Below, piece after piece: positions 57,229 through 64,000 of a DNA stretch of 64,000 nt (the first letter of the stretch is position 1; every line of letters starts with the position of its first letter). The stretch covers positions 142,566-206,565 of the forward strand of contig CAZNZL010000001.1 of assembly GCA_964577565.1 (NCBI GenBank), read 5' to 3'. Both the position numbers and the translations under genes were made by a program. Origin of the DNA: an uncultured Candidatus Saccharibacteria bacterium. Lineage in GTDB: Bacteria > Patescibacteriota > Saccharimonadia > Saccharimonadales > JAGQNJ01. The notes beneath the pieces are model-generated. The model had not been told where the DNA came from. It did no database searches and saw nothing but the letters and a program-made list of their open reading frames with translations.

Positions 57229-57776
57229 TACTTTGTTACCTCTGCTTTAGCTTTTGCAGGCTTTTTCGGTGCTGTTGTTTTTGCCTTTTTGGTGGTAACC
57301 CAAGCCTTTTGTGGTTGAATTTCAGTAAGAGCTTTAATGGTAGCGTAGGCAATATTAATTTTGTTTGTAGAACCAAGTGACTTTGAAAGGGCGTTATTAA
57401 CGCCAGAAACCTCAAGAACGGTTCTTACGACACCACCAGCAATTAACCCCGTACCGGCGCTTGCTGGCTTAATAAGAATACGAGCTCCGGCTACTTTTGC
57501 TTCTGACTCATGAGGAACCGTTCCTTTATAAAGAGGGATAGTTACCATGTTCTTTTTAGCTTTATCAGTAGCTTTTGAAACAGCACTGGTTACATCTAAC
57601 CCTTTTGATACCCCAGCACCAACGCGACCTTTATGATCACCAACCACTACCAAAGCACGAAAACGAAAACGGCGGCCACCTTTAACAACACGAGCAACGC
57701 GGTCAATATGAACCATACGCTCATCAAGCTGGTTTTCGTCATTTAGTTCTTTTTGTACATTTCTATTGTCGGCCAT
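57228..57776 (-). CDS. rpsE: ribosomal protein S5 with Lys/Ala-rich C-terminal extension
   Basis: [26 protein letters not shown]. Confidence 0.95.
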   Translation of the reverse strand: MADNRNVQKELNDENQLDERMVHIDRVARVVKGGRRFRFRALVVVGDHKGRVGAGVSKGLDVTSAVSKATDKAKKNMVTIPLYKGTVPHESEAKVAGARILIKPASAGTGLIAGGVVRTVLEVSGVNNALSKSLGSTNKINIAYATIKALTEIQPQKAWVTTKKAKTTAPKKPAKAKAEVTK

Positions 57777-58133
57777 TTAAAACTCCAATCCGCCTTCGCG
57801 GGCTTTATCTGCAAGTGCTTTAATGCGTCCGTGGTACAGTCGTCCACCGCGGTCTAAAACAACTTTTTTAACCTTTAATGACACTGCTTTCTTTGCTATT
57901 TCTTCTCCAACCCATGTAGCTTTTTCTGTCATGGTGCTTTTTGCCGTTTTACTACCAATAGTTGAGACAGCTGCTAGAGTTATGTGTTTGCTGTCATCAA
58001 TTAATTGTGCGCTAACGTTAGTATTGCTTATATTTACTGCTAGTCGAGGACGCTCAGTTGTGCCGCTAACCACTTTACGAATACGCATTTTACGGCGTAT
58101 AAGGTTGTTCGATTTTTGCACTAATCTATTCAT
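57777..58133 (-). CDS. rplR: ribosomal protein L18
   Basis: RPRLAVNISNTNVSAQLIDD...DRGGRLYHGRIKALAD. Confidence 0.93.
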   Translation of the reverse strand: MNRLVQKSNNLIRRKMRIRKVVSGTTERPRLAVNISNTNVSAQLIDDSKHITLAAVSTIGSKTAKSTMTEKATWVGEEIAKKAVSLKVKKVVLDRGGRLYHGRIKALADKAREGGLEF

Positions 58134-58142
58134 AACGATACC

Positions 58143-58682
58143 TTATTTATCCTTTCCTGACTTGCCGCTCTTGCGAATAATATATTCACCTTCGTAACGA
58201 ATACCCTTACCTTTATATGGTTCGGGCTTTCGTAGTGCACGTATTTCAGACGCAACTTGACCTACTTGCTGTTTATTAATACCAGAAACCGTGATAGTGT
58301 TTTGTTCTACCGAAGCAGTAATGCCCTCGGGAATCTGATATATTACATCATGCGAATAACCCAAATTCATCTTGAGTTGGTTACCTGCCAACGCAACACG
58401 GTATCCAACACCGTGAATTTCAAGCTTTTTATTAAAACCTTCAGTTACACCAAGTACCATGTTATTTACAAGCGACCTCATAAGGCCATGCTTGGCACGA
58501 TTTTCTGGCTCATCATTGATACGTTTTACGCTTAGCGTGTCACCATCTTGCACAAGGGTGATACCGCTTAAAGCGAACTGTTTAAGGGTGCCTTTAGGTC
58601 CAGAAACAGCAACCTCATGATCGTCGACAGTAATTGTCACACCAGATGGAATTTTGATTGGTAGTTTTCCTACTCGACTCAT
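58143..58682 (-). CDS. rplF: ribosomal protein L6
   Basis: MSRVGKLPIKIPSGVTITV... Confidence 0.95.
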   Translation of the reverse strand: MSRVGKLPIKIPSGVTITVDDHEVAVSGPKGTLKQFALSGITLVQDGDTLSVKRINDEPENRAKHGLMRSLVNNMVLGVTEGFNKKLEIHGVGYRVALAGNQLKMNLGYSHDVIYQIPEGITASVEQNTITVSGINKQQVGQVASEIRALRKPEPYKGKGIRYEGEYIIRKSGKSGKDK

Positions 58683-58697
58683 CGTAATTACCTCTTA

Positions 58698-59096
58698 TTA
58701 ATAAACCTTACAAATTAATTCACCGCCCAAGCGCTTAGCGCGAGCTTGGTTGCCTGTCATTAACCCTTGCGAGGTTGACACAATAACAATTCCTCGGCCA
58801 CGCTTAACGGTTGGGATGGCGTCACTTTTAACATATTGCCTACGGCCTGGCTTGCTTAAGCGTTGAATTTCAGTAATGACGGCATTTTGATTCTCGGCAT
58901 TAATGGTGATGATTAGCGTTTTTGACACGCCTTCACCTTCAACGCGCACACTATTAATAAAGTTGTTTTCAACGAGTAGTTTTGCGATTGATTCTTTAAT
59001 GCGTGAATATGGCACCGAAACCTGGTTTTTATGAACCATCATTGCGTTTCGGATTCGTGTTAGCATGTCTGATACTGGGTCTGTTGATACCATCAT
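58698..59096 (-). CDS. rpsH: ribosomal protein S8
   Basis: DPVSDMLTRIRNA... Confidence 0.95.
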   Translation of the reverse strand: MMVSTDPVSDMLTRIRNAMMVHKNQVSVPYSRIKESIAKLLVENNFINSVRVEGEGVSKTLIITINAENQNAVITEIQRLSKPGRRQYVKSDAIPTVKRGRGIVIVSTSQGLMTGNQARAKRLGGELICKVY

Positions 59097-59103
59097 GTAC
59101 TCC

Positions 59104-59373
59104 TTACCAACTTGCCTTTGTTACGCCAGGAATCTCGCCCTTAGAAGCGTGTTCGCGGAACGAAATACGGCTCATACCAAACGTACGCATGTAACCACGT
59201 GGCCGGCCCGTTTCAATGCAGCGGTTCTTCCAGCGGGTTGGTGAAGAATTACGAGGCAATTTGTGCAGTGTCTCAAAATCTCCGGCCGCTTTTAACTCGG
59301 CACGCTTGCTGGCGTACTTTTTAATCATTTCTTGTCGTTTTTTATCGCGGGCTACAATTGATTTCTTAGCCAT
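59104..59373 (-). CDS. rpsN: ribosomal protein S14 (long, non-zinc type)
   Basis: [20 protein letters not shown]...[26 protein letters not shown]. Confidence 0.93.
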   Translation of the reverse strand: MAKKSIVARDKKRQEMIKKYASKRAELKAAGDFETLHKLPRNSSPTRWKNRCIETGRPRGYMRTFGMSRISFREHASKGEIPGVTKASW

Positions 59374-59664
59374 TTAATTTTCTCCTCTATCAATATTTTC
59401 AAATTCCTGCGCTAACATCTCTGCTTCAACCCCCACAAGTGCAGACCGGATTGCATCGCCAGGCAACTGGATTTGGCCGAGTTTTCTTGCAAATGCTTCT
59501 TCTCCGCCTATGCCCGGAAATAGCGCTGCCCTTCTTCCGTATTTAGCAACTGCATCCATAACTGCTTCTTCATTCTCACCTGTCGTTATCATTCTGTATT
59601 CGATTGCTCTTGCATCTGGATGCCACGTTAGAATAGAAGCTTGAGTATCAATTTTTCCGACCAT
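59374..59664 (-). CDS. hypothetical 96-aa acidic protein inserted between rplE and rpsN
   Basis: ATG 59664 lies 1 nt after the rplE TAA (AAGGAGG sits 8 nt upstream). Its TAA is immediately followed by the rpsN ATG. No motif recognised. Confidence 0.55.
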   Translation of the reverse strand: MVGKIDTQASILTWHPDARAIEYRMITTGENEEAVMDAVAKYGRRAALFPGIGGEEAFARKLGQIQLPGDAIRSALVGVEAEMLAQEFENIDRGEN

Positions 59665-59665
59665 G

Positions 59666-60244
59666 TTACTTCGCCTCCTTGTTAGATTTTTCAAAGGGCA
59701 TGCCTAACTTCTCAAGCAATGCTTTCGCGTGCTCTGGCTGTTCTGAGTTAACCACGCAAACAATTTGCATGCCGTGAGTTATTGGCGTGTCTTCAAAAGT
59801 TAGCTCAGGGAACACGGTCTGGTCGCTCAGGCCTAGACTGTAGTTACCCTGTTTGTCAAAAGCTTTATTATTAACACCGTGAAAGTCACGCAATCGTGGC
59901 AGTACAATATTTACCAATCGGTCTAAAAATTCGTACATTCGATCGCCGCGTAAGGTAACTTTGAGGCCAATTTTGTTGCCTTCTCGCAATTTAAAGCTTG
60001 CGATCGACAGCTTTGCGGTTGTTTGAACAGGTTCTTGACCAGTTATTTTACGAAGTGTGGTGGTGGCAACTTCCATAAGCCGTTTATCGTCTTTTGCACG
60101 CCCAAGGCCAATATTAATGACAATTTTTTCAAGGCTTGGTACTTGATGAACATTCTTCAACCCGAGCTCTTTCAAGAGTTCTTTAGCAATGGTTTCTTTA
60201 TATTGGCTCTTTAAGCGAGCAGTTTGTACTGTCTTGGCCGCCAT
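59666..60244 (-). CDS. rplE: ribosomal protein L5
   Basis: RLKSQYKETIAKEL...VINIGLG... Confidence 0.95.
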   Translation of the reverse strand: MAAKTVQTARLKSQYKETIAKELLKELGLKNVHQVPSLEKIVINIGLGRAKDDKRLMEVATTTLRKITGQEPVQTTAKLSIASFKLREGNKIGLKVTLRGDRMYEFLDRLVNIVLPRLRDFHGVNNKAFDKQGNYSLGLSDQTVFPELTFEDTPITHGMQIVCVVNSEQPEHAKALLEKLGMPFEKSNKEAK

Positions 60245-60576
60245 TACTTGATCTCCTTGTTCGTTTTCTTATATACACGTATTCGTTTACCATCTTTGGT
60301 AAGTTGTGAGCCAATTCGACTTGCCTTTTTGCTCGTAGGTTCAACAATAGCAACCTTCGAAACATAAATTGGCTTGGTAATTTCAATAATGCCACCTTGC
60401 GGGTATTGCTTGTTGGGCTTGGTGTGGCGTTTTGCAATATTAATGCCCTCAACCGTAACTTTATTTTCACGCGGGTGCGTAGCTACAACCTTGCCGGTTT
60501 TGCCTTTATCTTTACCAACGCGAACAATTACTTGGTCACCTTTTTGTAAACGAATTTTATACATAGTTTCTTTCAT
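60244..60576 (-). CDS. rplX: ribosomal protein L24
   Basis: KGDQVIVRVGKDKGKTGKV KOW motif. Confidence 0.93.
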   Translation of the reverse strand: MKETMYKIRLQKGDQVIVRVGKDKGKTGKVVATHPRENKVTVEGINIAKRHTKPNKQYPQGGIIEITKPIYVSKVAIVEPTSKKASRIGSQLTKDGKRIRVYKKTNKEIK

Positions 60577-60944
60577 TACAGTACCTCCGGTGCAAGGCTG
60601 ATGATTTTAGCGTAGCCTTGGTCACGCAATTCGCGTGGAACGGGGCCAAAAATACGGGTAGCCTTTGGCATCTTATCGTCACCAATAATCACGGCGGCAT
60701 TGTCGTCAAACTTAATGGTTGAACCGTCTTTGCGCTTGATCGGGTACTTTGACCGCACCACAACTGCACGCACCACTGATTTCTTCTTTACGTTACCACT
60801 TGGACTGGCGTCTTTGACGGTCGCAACAATAACGTCACCAACACGTGCATACCGACGTCGAGTACCACCAAGCACACGAATGCAAAGAATTTCTTTTGCA
60901 CCACTGTTATCGGTTACTTTTAGTCGTGATTCTTGCTGAATCAT
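60576..60944 (-). CDS. rplN: ribosomal protein L14
   Basis: [27 protein letters not shown]. Confidence 0.96.
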   Translation of the reverse strand: MIQQESRLKVTDNSGAKEILCIRVLGGTRRRYARVGDVIVATVKDASPSGNVKKKSVVRAVVVRSKYPIKRKDGSTIKFDDNAAVIIGDDKMPKATRIFGPVPRELRDQGYAKIISLAPEVL

Positions 60945-61222
60945 ACAGCGCCTCCATCACCCGCAATTTTGCTGTCACGCAAGACCGGACGCTCCACTAT
61001 CTTTTGTAAACGATATCGTTTACTTGAGCTTAATGGTCGAGTCTCGGCAATTAAAACTTTATCGCCAATTTTAGCCTCGTTCTTTTCATCATGAGCCATA
61101 ACTTTTTGGCTTGAAATATAACGCTTTTTATAAATCGGATGGCTCTTATGAGTCACAATTGTAACTACAATTGATTTGTCTGGCTTATCAGACGTAACAG
61201 TACCTTGTAATACCTTTGCCAT
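60941..61222 (-). CDS. rpsQ: ribosomal protein S17
   Basis: [29 protein letters not shown]. Confidence 0.93.
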   Translation of the reverse strand: MAKVLQGTVTSDKPDKSIVVTIVTHKSHPIYKKRYISSQKVMAHDEKNEAKIGDKVLIAETRPLSSSKRYRLQKIVERPVLRDSKIAGDGGAV

Positions 61223-61422
61223 TATATGTTCTCCTTTGCTAGCTGTTCGCTGAGGACGGTCAACATGCGCGCAAGATCACGACGCTTATTGCGAATAAGT
61301 CGTGTGTTTTGAATCTCGCCCATTATCATCTGGCGGCGCAGTTCAGCAATTTCTTCACGAAGCTTGGTAGTTTCAAGCGTCAAATCATTTGTAGACAATT
61401 TACGGATTTCTGCAATCTTCAT
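61222..61422 (-). CDS. rpmC: ribosomal protein L29
   Basis: 66 aa; EIRKLSTNDLTLETTKLREEIAELR. Confidence 0.9.
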   Translation of the reverse strand: MKIAEIRKLSTNDLTLETTKLREEIAELRRQMIMGEIQNTRLIRNKRRDLARMLTVLSEQLAKENI

Positions 61423-61836
61423 TTATGCATCCTCCCGCACTAAGAATTTAGTTTTAACTGGTAGCTTGTGAGCAGCCAAACGCATAGCTTCACGTGCTAC
61501 TTCTTCAGGAACACCCTGCATCTCAAACATAATGGTGCCAGGATGTACTTTTGCAACAAAAAATTCAGGACTACCCTTACCGCTACCCATTTTAGTACCC
61601 AGCGCTTTGCGGGTTACCGGTGTGTGCGGAAAGATACGAATCCAAATTTTACCACCACGCTTAATGTAACGGGTCATTGCCTGACGAGCAGCCTCGATTT
61701 GGCGTGATGTAATGCGCTCCATGCCTTGCGATTGCAAAGCAAATTGGCCAAAGGCAATAGTGTTACCGCTGGTTGCGACACCCTTCATGCGACCAACGCG
61801 AACGCGTCGAAACTTAGTTTTCTTAGGAATCAACAT
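61423..61836 (-). CDS. rplP: ribosomal protein L16
   Basis: [19 protein letters not shown]...; ATG 61836 overlaps the rpsC stop (TAATG). Confidence 0.95.
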   Translation of the reverse strand: MLIPKKTKFRRVRVGRMKGVATSGNTIAFGQFALQSQGMERITSRQIEAARQAMTRYIKRGGKIWIRIFPHTPVTRKALGTKMGSGKGSPEFFVAKVHPGTIMFEMQGVPEEVAREAMRLAAHKLPVKTKFLVREDA

Positions 61837-62465
61837 TACGCTGTCTCCCCCTTGTAGATCCAAACCTTTACGCCGATAATGCCGGCTGGGGTTTGTGCAG
61901 GAATATATGCATAGTCAATATCAGCCCGTAGGGTGTGTAATGGTACGCTGCCGGCAATTTCTTTTTCGCGGCGTGCCATTTCTGCACCGTTTAATCGGCC
62001 AGAAACTTCAATACGAATACCTTTTGCACCGGAGCGCATTGTGGCAGCAGCAGTAGATTTAATAGCACGACGGAACGAGATACGACGTTGCAATTGAAAC
62101 GCAATATTCTCAGCAACTAACTTAGCGTATAGCTCGGGCTTCTTAATTTCTTCAATATTAACGCGAGTTGGCACACCGTAGATTTTCTCAATAGCATTCT
62201 TTAGTTCTTGAACACCGCTACCACCACGGCCAATGACAACACCAGCCTTAGCCGTTGAGAGTGTTACGGTTACAAGGTTTGGAGATCGTTCAATATCAAC
62301 CTTGTTAATAGCAGCCCTAGAACCAAGCTTGGTCTCAATTAGTTTACGCACTTTAAGGTCTTGGGTTAGGTAATTTGCGTAATCTTTTTTGTTAGCAAAC
62401 CACTTACTGCGCCAATCTTTGTTGACCTGCAAGCGCATTGAAATTGGGTTAACTTTTTGTCCCAT
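61836..62465 (-). CDS. rpsC: ribosomal protein S3
   Basis: [23 protein letters not shown]...; ATG 62465 lies 1 nt after the rplV stop. Confidence 0.95.
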   Translation of the reverse strand: MGQKVNPISMRLQVNKDWRSKWFANKKDYANYLTQDLKVRKLIETKLGSRAAINKVDIERSPNLVTVTLSTAKAGVVIGRGGSGVQELKNAIEKIYGVPTRVNIEEIKKPELYAKLVAENIAFQLQRRISFRRAIKSTAAATMRSGAKGIRIEVSGRLNGAEMARREKEIAGSVPLHTLRADIDYAYIPAQTPAGIIGVKVWIYKGETA

Positions 62466-62466
62466 C

Positions 62467-62931
62467 TTACTTCTCCTCTTTCTTAGCGCTTGTAGCGGCT
62501 GGTTTTTTAACTTCACGCTTAGCGCCATCAACTATCACACGAATATGTGAGGCTTTGCGCTCAAATGGCAATGCACGGCCATGTGCAGCTGGGCGATAGC
62601 GTTTTAAGCGTTGCCCAGGCGTTACGGTAATCTCAACAATGTTCAATGTATCTGGCTTGTAGTTATGATTATGCTCAGCATTGGCTCGAGCAGACTTAAT
62701 AACACGCGCAACAGCATCGGCAGAGCGTCGAGGTGTGTTTTCTAAGATAGTTAGTGCCTCATTAACAGTTCGGCCCCGAACTAAAGCAGCTACCACGCCT
62801 ACTTTGCGTGGGCTCATGCGAACACCTTTAGCTATAGCTTGCACGCCCACCCCGTTAGAACTACTTACATTTGTAGTATTACTTGCGGATTTAGGCTGAG
62901 TTGCATTCCGAGAATTTCTAACGGGGCTCAT
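62467..62931 (-). CDS. rplV: ribosomal protein L22 with N- and C-terminal extensions
   Basis: AKGVRMSPRKVGVVAALVRGRTVNEAL. Confidence 0.92.
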   Translation of the reverse strand: MSPVRNSRNATQPKSASNTTNVSSSNGVGVQAIAKGVRMSPRKVGVVAALVRGRTVNEALTILENTPRRSADAVARVIKSARANAEHNHNYKPDTLNIVEITVTPGQRLKRYRPAAHGRALPFERKASHIRVIVDGAKREVKKPAATSAKKEEK

Positions 62932-63206
62932 TACTTCTGACCTTTCGCTAACTTACCACCATGTGAGCGGAATTTTCGGGTTGGAGAAAACTCACCAAGC
63001 TTGTGACCAACCATGTTTTCAGTTACAAATACGGGTACATGAACCTTGCCGTTATGAACAGCAAATGTTTTGCCTACAAATTCTGGTGCAATGGTAGAGC
63101 TTCGAGCCCATGTTTTAATAATGGTTCGGTCTTCAGCCCCTAAAGCGCTAACTTTTTTAGCAAGCTTAGGGTCTACAAATGGTCCTTTTTTCAGTGATCG
63201 ACTCAT
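62931..63206 (-). CDS. rpsS: ribosomal protein S19
   Basis: [15 protein letters not shown]...[13 protein letters not shown]. Confidence 0.95.
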   Translation of the reverse strand: MSRSLKKGPFVDPKLAKKVSALGAEDRTIIKTWARSSTIAPEFVGKTFAVHNGKVHVPVFVTENMVGHKLGEFSPTRKFRSHGGKLAKGQK

Positions 63207-63212
63207 AATTTA

Positions 63213-64000
63213 TTACCTTCTCTTACTTTCATGGCGTGAACGCACAATAAACTTATTACTGGTCTTACGTCGGCGTGTCTTGTAACCAAGTGTCTTTTGG
63301 CCCCAAGGTGTGCGGGGTGCCGCACCGTGGTTTTTACCACCACCAATACCATGACGACCACCGTCACCACCACCGTGTGGGTGATCAGCCGCGTTCATAA
63401 CAACACCACGAACAGTTGGGCGAATACCCATATGGCGCTTACGCCCTGCACTACCATACTTCACATTCTGATGCTGTTCATTACCAACAGAACCAATGGT
63501 GGCGGTACAATTGATGTTTACCATACGGACTTCACCACTTGGCAGTTTAACCTGAGCGTAATTGCCCTCTTTAGCGGCCAACTGTGCACTCGCACCGGCG
63601 CTACGCACCATTTGAGCACCTTTACCGGGCTGAAGTTCAATGGCGTGAATTGTGCTACCAACCGGAATGTTTTTAAGTGGCATGCGGTTGCCGGTTTCAA
63701 TTGCAGCTTCTTCATTTGCCTCAATTTTTTGGCCAACCTTCATACCGTTAGTTGCAAGTACATAATGATAGGTATTTGTGCTGTCTTTAATGCGAGCAAT
63801 GTTAGCAGAACGGTTTGGATCGTACTCAATCGCCTCAATAACAGCACTGGTACCAAGCGGAAGCTTAAAGTTAACGATTCGGTAAAACTTTCGGGCGCCA
63901 CCACCGCGATGACGTACTGTAATCCGGCCTTGGTTGTTGCGACCATTACCGCGTCTTTTGACAACAGTCAAAGATTTAAGCGGGCGCTTCGCAGTTACTT
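63213..64000 (-). CDS. rplB: ribosomal protein L2 (5' end beyond the window edge)
   Basis: [16 protein letters not shown]...HPHGGGDG. The frame stays open to nt 64000, so the track's TTG at 63971 is not the real start. Confidence 0.95.
   Translation of the reverse strand, partial: VTAKRPLKSLTVVKRRGNGRNNQGRITVRHRGGGARKFYRIVNFKLPLGTSAVIEAIEYDPNRSANIARIKDSTNTYHYVLATNGMKVGQKIEANEEAAIETGNRMPLKNIPVGSTIHAIELQPGKGAQMVRSAGASAQLAAKEGNYAQVKLPSGEVRMVNINCTATIGSVGNEQHQNVKYGSAGRKRHMGIRPTVRGVVMNAADHPHGGGDGGRHGIGGGKNHGAAPRTPWGQKTLGYKTRRRKTSNKFIVRSRHESKRR

Overview
All calls rest on reading the six-frame track and recognising motifs by eye. No database, HMM, covariance-model or folding search was run.

The window is a very gene-dense stretch of a small bacterial genome using the standard genetic code (TGA, TAA and TAG all act as stops). 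Most neighbouring genes overlap by 1-8 nt or are separated by less than 10 nt.

Recognisable content:
- The distal part of the F1 ATP synthase operon (atpD, atpC).
- An envelope and redox block: aquaporin, VKOR, Cu/Zn-SOD, two VanY-type peptidases, CapA, two GT4 glycosyltransferases.
- Two histidine kinases and one single-domain response regulator.
- Replication and repair genes: dnaX, dnaB, ybaB, recR, holB and a UvrD-type helicase fused to a nuclease.
- cysS and trpS, plus five tRNAs (Gln, Trp, Thr-GGU, Tyr, Thr-UGU).
- The secE-nusG-rplKAJL region and an almost complete S10/spc/alpha ribosomal-protein cluster, from rplB to rplQ and then rplM-rpsI.

rpmD (L30), adk and map are missing from their usual slots. 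Together with the compaction and the gene set, this suggests a CPR/Patescibacteria (possibly Saccharibacteria-like) genome. That placement is inference only. I found no CRISPR array, rRNA, transposase or integrase.

The most unusual signal is a recurrent pattern. At least nine unrecognisable ORFs of about 64-112 aa sit in junctions of operons that are normally contiguous:
- upstream of atpD
- atpD/atpC
- nusG/rplK
- rplK/rplA (a three-gene cassette)
- rplE/rpsN

Each has start/stop overlaps or spacers of 9 nt or less.

A second signal is a 2.2-kb islet of orphan genes between rplJ and a dcd/tmk-thyX operon. Its genes, and a divergent DAHP-synthase-like gene elsewhere, are each preceded by a promoter, a structured leader, a hairpin with a U-run and a Shine-Dalgarno (SD) site. 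This looks like an attenuator or riboswitch layout.

Other points worth a second look:
- a thymidylate kinase fused to a duplicated ThyX-like module
- a candidate -1 frameshift site in dnaX
- a LAGLIDADG-like ORF abutting tRNA-Trp
- a VOC-family gene embedded in a tRNA cluster
- a signal-peptide-less SodC coupled to a His-rich mini membrane ORF
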